Source: Planctomycetota bacterium (GTDB taxonomy: Bacteria > Planctomycetota > GCA-002687715 > DRQF01). Taken from it: 17,688 nt of DNA. Both the position numbers and the translations under genes were made by a program. The number at the start of each line of letters is the position of its first letter. Positions within the stretch are counted from its first letter, which is position 1. The notes beneath the pieces are model-generated. The model saw nothing but the letters and a program-made list of their open reading frames with translations. It made no database searches and was not told where the DNA came from. This document shows positions 14,789 through 17,688 of this stretch, in pieces. The stretch covers positions 1 through 17,688 of the forward strand of contig JAZGFI010000074.1 of assembly GCA_036479435.1 (NCBI GenBank). Reading direction: 5' to 3'.

Positions 14789-17506
14789 ATGCGAAGACGG
14801 CTCTGGCTTGCGATCATCGTCGGGATCATTGTTCTGGGGGCTTTGTCCCTCAAGACCATGGAGGGAGGCAACCGTCTGTCGAGAGGGTTGGCCCGACTTT
14901 TTGGTACCGAGATAGCGGACACTCCAAAAAGCTCGGTGCAGAACAGAGCCGCCGAGTTCTCTTGGACTTTTGAGGCCCAAAGCAACCCGGCTTCTGCCCC
15001 AACGGTGGTCGAAGTTTACCTTGAAGACGAACTCGGCCAGCCCTGCGTCGAGGCCACTCTTCTTGTCGTTGGCTACAGCCACTTAGATTCACCTAATGGA
15101 GACTGGATCGGGCTCAGCGGCAAGGGGAATGATTCGACGTTTCGAAGCGATGCCAAAGGCAATGCGCGCCTTGTCGGGCTGGCCCCGGGATCTCATTTGG
15201 TCTTCGCCCGGTTAGGAGTGAAGGCCGCATTGAAAAAAGTCATCGTTCGAAGTGCTGCGAAGCACCAAGCGGCCTCTCAATCCCGCTACCAGTCCACGCC
15301 CTATCTAACGACCATTGAGCTTCGACATTGCAAACGCATCACGGTCGAACTTAGGGACGAACAAGGCCAAGCCGTCTCCGATGCCATTGTTGTCCTGAGC
15401 AACCCCGAGCTGGATTTCGGCAGCGGCCTTAGTGCCGACGACGCCTTCGGCGGAGAATGCGCCTGGGCGAAGACTGATCTTGACGGTCGCGCCACCTTTT
15501 TTGAGGCCAAGGCAACTCGGCGCACGGAACATCCGGCAGCAAGGATCCGCATTTCTATGCTGCGACTTGGCGACGTCCCGCCGAGCAAGATTTTTCTGAT
15601 GACGAGCCATGATCAAGTCCTCAGCATGCAAGTGCCAAAGACCTCGGCCATCACCTTCAAGGGGCCTCAGATAGATGCGCCCCTTCGCGCCGGAGAGCGC
15701 GAGTCCTACTTTCAAGCCGGAGAGCGCGAGTTCTGCCTTCTCGCCGGCGCCAATGACGACTCAGTAACGGACTCCATGACATCTCTGCTGTGTCAACGAG
15801 CGCACTATTTCCCTTTTGAGCGGTGGACGAAGATTTGGAGCACACGCCTTCCCCGCGAGGGTGTCCGCCTGCGATCTTTCGCGCCCGGCGATAGCGTGAC
15901 GACCGTCTTGAAGACACCGAGAACAAAAGAGCAGATTCAGACTTTTGAAGTCGATACTTTTGCCGAGAAAACGCTCGTCTTCGAGCCCGCCCTTCAGCAC
16001 GCGCAGATTGGATTCCAGATTGTCGATGAGGACGGGCAAGCCATCGACGTGTCGAATTTGAGACTCACCTTGGACAGTAATGAAGGGCTTGGCCGGAGAC
16101 CTTTTCCTAGCTCCTCGCCAAATCGCCGAAGCTTTGTCATCTCGCTACCGGAGCGCCTCCAAGGAGAGATCGAAATCCACGGGCCCAAACTCTACAACGC
16201 CACCAAGGATAGAGAGGTCCCCGATGTTCTTGCGGTGCTCCCTTTTCAGGATCTTGAAGCTGGCAAACTTCGCAATCTGGGGAAGATCGTGGTCAAAAAG
16301 CCTCCGGTCCTCATTGCGGGGATTGCTGAGTTGATTGGCGGCGAGCCTCTGCGCGGGGCGACCTTGTACTACGAGACCTCCGACGGACATGCCCCTCACC
16401 CATCATGGCGTCGGGGCCGCGAGAGCACGACGACAGATCAAAAAGGCCACTTCACCTTGCGGGCGGCCCATCAACCTTCACTTTTGTACCGACTCGACTT
16501 GCCGCTCGACCTTTGCAGCGATGAGTCCTTGGCATTCGAACCAGGCGCAAGAAACCTCCGCCTCAAGGCTATTCCGACCGGCCGGATTCAGGGCCGCTTT
16601 CTGACTTCGCAGGGGCTCATTCAGGACGAGCTTGCGGTCGCTTGCAAACGCCGAGGAAGCGATGAAGACACCAGGTCAGCGCGGCTTCGCCCCAACGGCT
16701 GCTTCGATCTTCCGTTTCTGCACCCCGGCGTCTACGAATTTCAATGTCACATCGACGGCTTCGATGCGGAGCTGATCGAAGGGATCGTCGTCGAATCTGG
16801 CCAGACTCTGCGCCCACCGGCTCTGCAGGAAGTCATGGTTGGAAAGGGATTTCGCGTTGCCGTGGTCAAGGTCGTCGACGGTCTAGGCAAACCCTTGCCC
16901 GGTGGTTTCGTCAGGCGCCAATCATTTGCAAGGGACTGGTCTCGCACGGCCCAGGGCAATCACCATGGAATAATTCGTTTTGCGTACCGAGACGCGTATC
17001 CGGATAAAAGCATCACCGTCAGCAACCTATCCGGCATGGCGCAGTGGATCGACAAGACCATCGAGTCCCCGAGCTATCCTCTGGTGGTTACTTTGTACCG
17101 AGCGCACACGCTGACGGTCGACTTCCAAGACCGCCTCCCAGACTTGCACCAAGGATGTTGGACACTAGAGATATCGCGCAAGGCCAGCAGGTACGATCAG
17201 AAGCTCCTCCTTGAGCAGCGCGCACGCTTGCTCGAGCTAAGAGGCGAGCCCCCAGAATTCGAACCAATCGTCCCGAAGCGACGACGTTTAGTCTACAAGT
17301 CGATCCCGAACGGAACCCACGTGACCACTTTCTCCCTCGAAGAGTACGGCTCCTGGGATCTCGTACTACGACACTCGGGCAAAGAGGCGAGCCGTGCCTT
17401 CATGGTCATCGGCCACATCGACGTTGGCCTCAGTCAAGATCTCGACGTCGAAGTCGAACTCAGCCCCAAGCAAACCGCAACCCTCAAGTCCCTCATCCCA
17501 AAGTAA
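14789..17506 (+). CDS. Membrane-anchored protein with multiple carboxypeptidase-regulatory-like (prealbumin-fold) repeats
   Basis: GAGG at 14777-14780 before ATG 14789; N-terminal anchor RRRLWLAIIVGIIVLGAL; repeated motifs V.DExGQP/A, (S/T)DxxG.., GLAPG/LHPG.Y and VVDGLGKPLPG. Confidence 0.75.
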   Translation: MRRRLWLAIIVGIIVLGALSLKTMEGGNRLSRGLARLFGTEIADTPKSSVQNRAAEFSWTFEAQSNPASAPTVVEVYLEDELGQPCVEATLLVVGYSHLDSPNGDWIGLSGKGNDSTFRSDAKGNARLVGLAPGSHLVFARLGVKAALKKVIVRSAAKHQAASQSRYQSTPYLTTIELRHCKRITVELRDEQGQAVSDAIVVLSNPELDFGSGLSADDAFGGECAWAKTDLDGRATFFEAKATRRTEHPAARIRISMLRLGDVPPSKIFLMTSHDQVLSMQVPKTSAITFKGPQIDAPLRAGERESYFQAGEREFCLLAGANDDSVTDSMTSLLCQRAHYFPFERWTKIWSTRLPREGVRLRSFAPGDSVTTVLKTPRTKEQIQTFEVDTFAEKTLVFEPALQHAQIGFQIVDEDGQAIDVSNLRLTLDSNEGLGRRPFPSSSPNRRSFVISLPERLQGEIEIHGPKLYNATKDREVPDVLAVLPFQDLEAGKLRNLGKIVVKKPPVLIAGIAELIGGEPLRGATLYYETSDGHAPHPSWRRGRESTTTDQKGHFTLRAAHQPSLLYRLDLPLDLCSDESLAFEPGARNLRLKAIPTGRIQGRFLTSQGLIQDELAVACKRRGSDEDTRSARLRPNGCFDLPFLHPGVYEFQCHIDGFDAELIEGIVVESGQTLRPPALQEVMVGKGFRVAVVKVVDGLGKPLPGGFVRRQSFARDWSRTAQGNHHGIIRFAYRDAYPDKSITVSNLSGMAQWIDKTIESPSYPLVVTLYRAHTLTVDFQDRLPDLHQGCWTLEISRKASRYDQKLLLEQRARLLELRGEPPEFEPIVPKRRRLVYKSIPNGTHVTTFSLEEYGSWDLVLRHSGKEASRAFMVIGHIDVGLSQDLDVEVELSPKQTATLKSLIPK

Positions 17507-17515
17507 GTGCACATC

Positions 17516-17579
17516 CGGTGCCAGGCACCACGCCGTCACTATTCGGTGCCAGGCACAAAGAAGTGACGGCGTGGTGCCT
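17516..17579. repeat. REP-like nested palindromic element (possibly also a terminator)
   Basis: Perfect 18-bp inverted repeat 17523-17540 / 17562-17579, plus two direct copies of CGGTGCCAGGCAC (17516-17528, 17544-17556), each with a palindromic GTGCC-A-GGCAC core. Confidence 0.75.
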
Positions 17580-17600
17580 TCCATGAGAGGGCCCCGCTAG

Positions 17601-17687
17601 TCAAGGGATGTCCGTCGCTTTTTCTTCTTTCTTGCTCTTCGGGTGTTTTCTTTCCGCGCTAGCGATGTTGATCAAAAAAGAGGACCG
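17601..17687 (-). CDS. Possible 3' end of a convergent gene entering from beyond the window
   Basis: Open minus frame RSSFLINIASAERKHPKSKKEEKATDIP* ending at TGA 17603-17601. The alternative frame AVLFFDQHR* is also open, so this cannot be resolved. Confidence 0.3.
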   Translation of the reverse strand, partial: RSSFLINIASAERKHPKSKKEEKATDIP

Positions 17688-17688
17688 C

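Overview
GC-rich bacterial window. The Ser/Thr kinase-TPR, DUF1579, FG-GAP and carboxypeptidase-regulatory-like genes suggest Planctomycetota (inference). From left to right: (1) the 3' part of rtcB, whose recognisable sequence starts abruptly at 127 right after what looks like the TGT...ACA end of a transposable element, followed by an intact rtcA. (2) On the minus strand, a sulfide/persulfide oxidation operon (peroxiredoxin, CstB-like persulfide dioxygenase-rhodanese, type II SQR, rhodanese-DUF2892, TauE exporter). It has a near-consensus sigma54 -24/-12 promoter, a five-fold GTTAAC array at exact 12-bp spacing (likely enhancer), and an upstream PAS-AAA+-HTH sigma54 activator. (3) On the plus strand, a Ser/Thr kinase-TPR, a DUF1579 protein with a terminator, a 7-repeat FG-GAP exported protein, a Zn-ribbon membrane protein with a duplicated external domain, and a large carboxypeptidase-regulatory-like repeat protein. 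The window ends in a REP-like nested palindrome. All calls come from motif recognition by eye; no searches were run.
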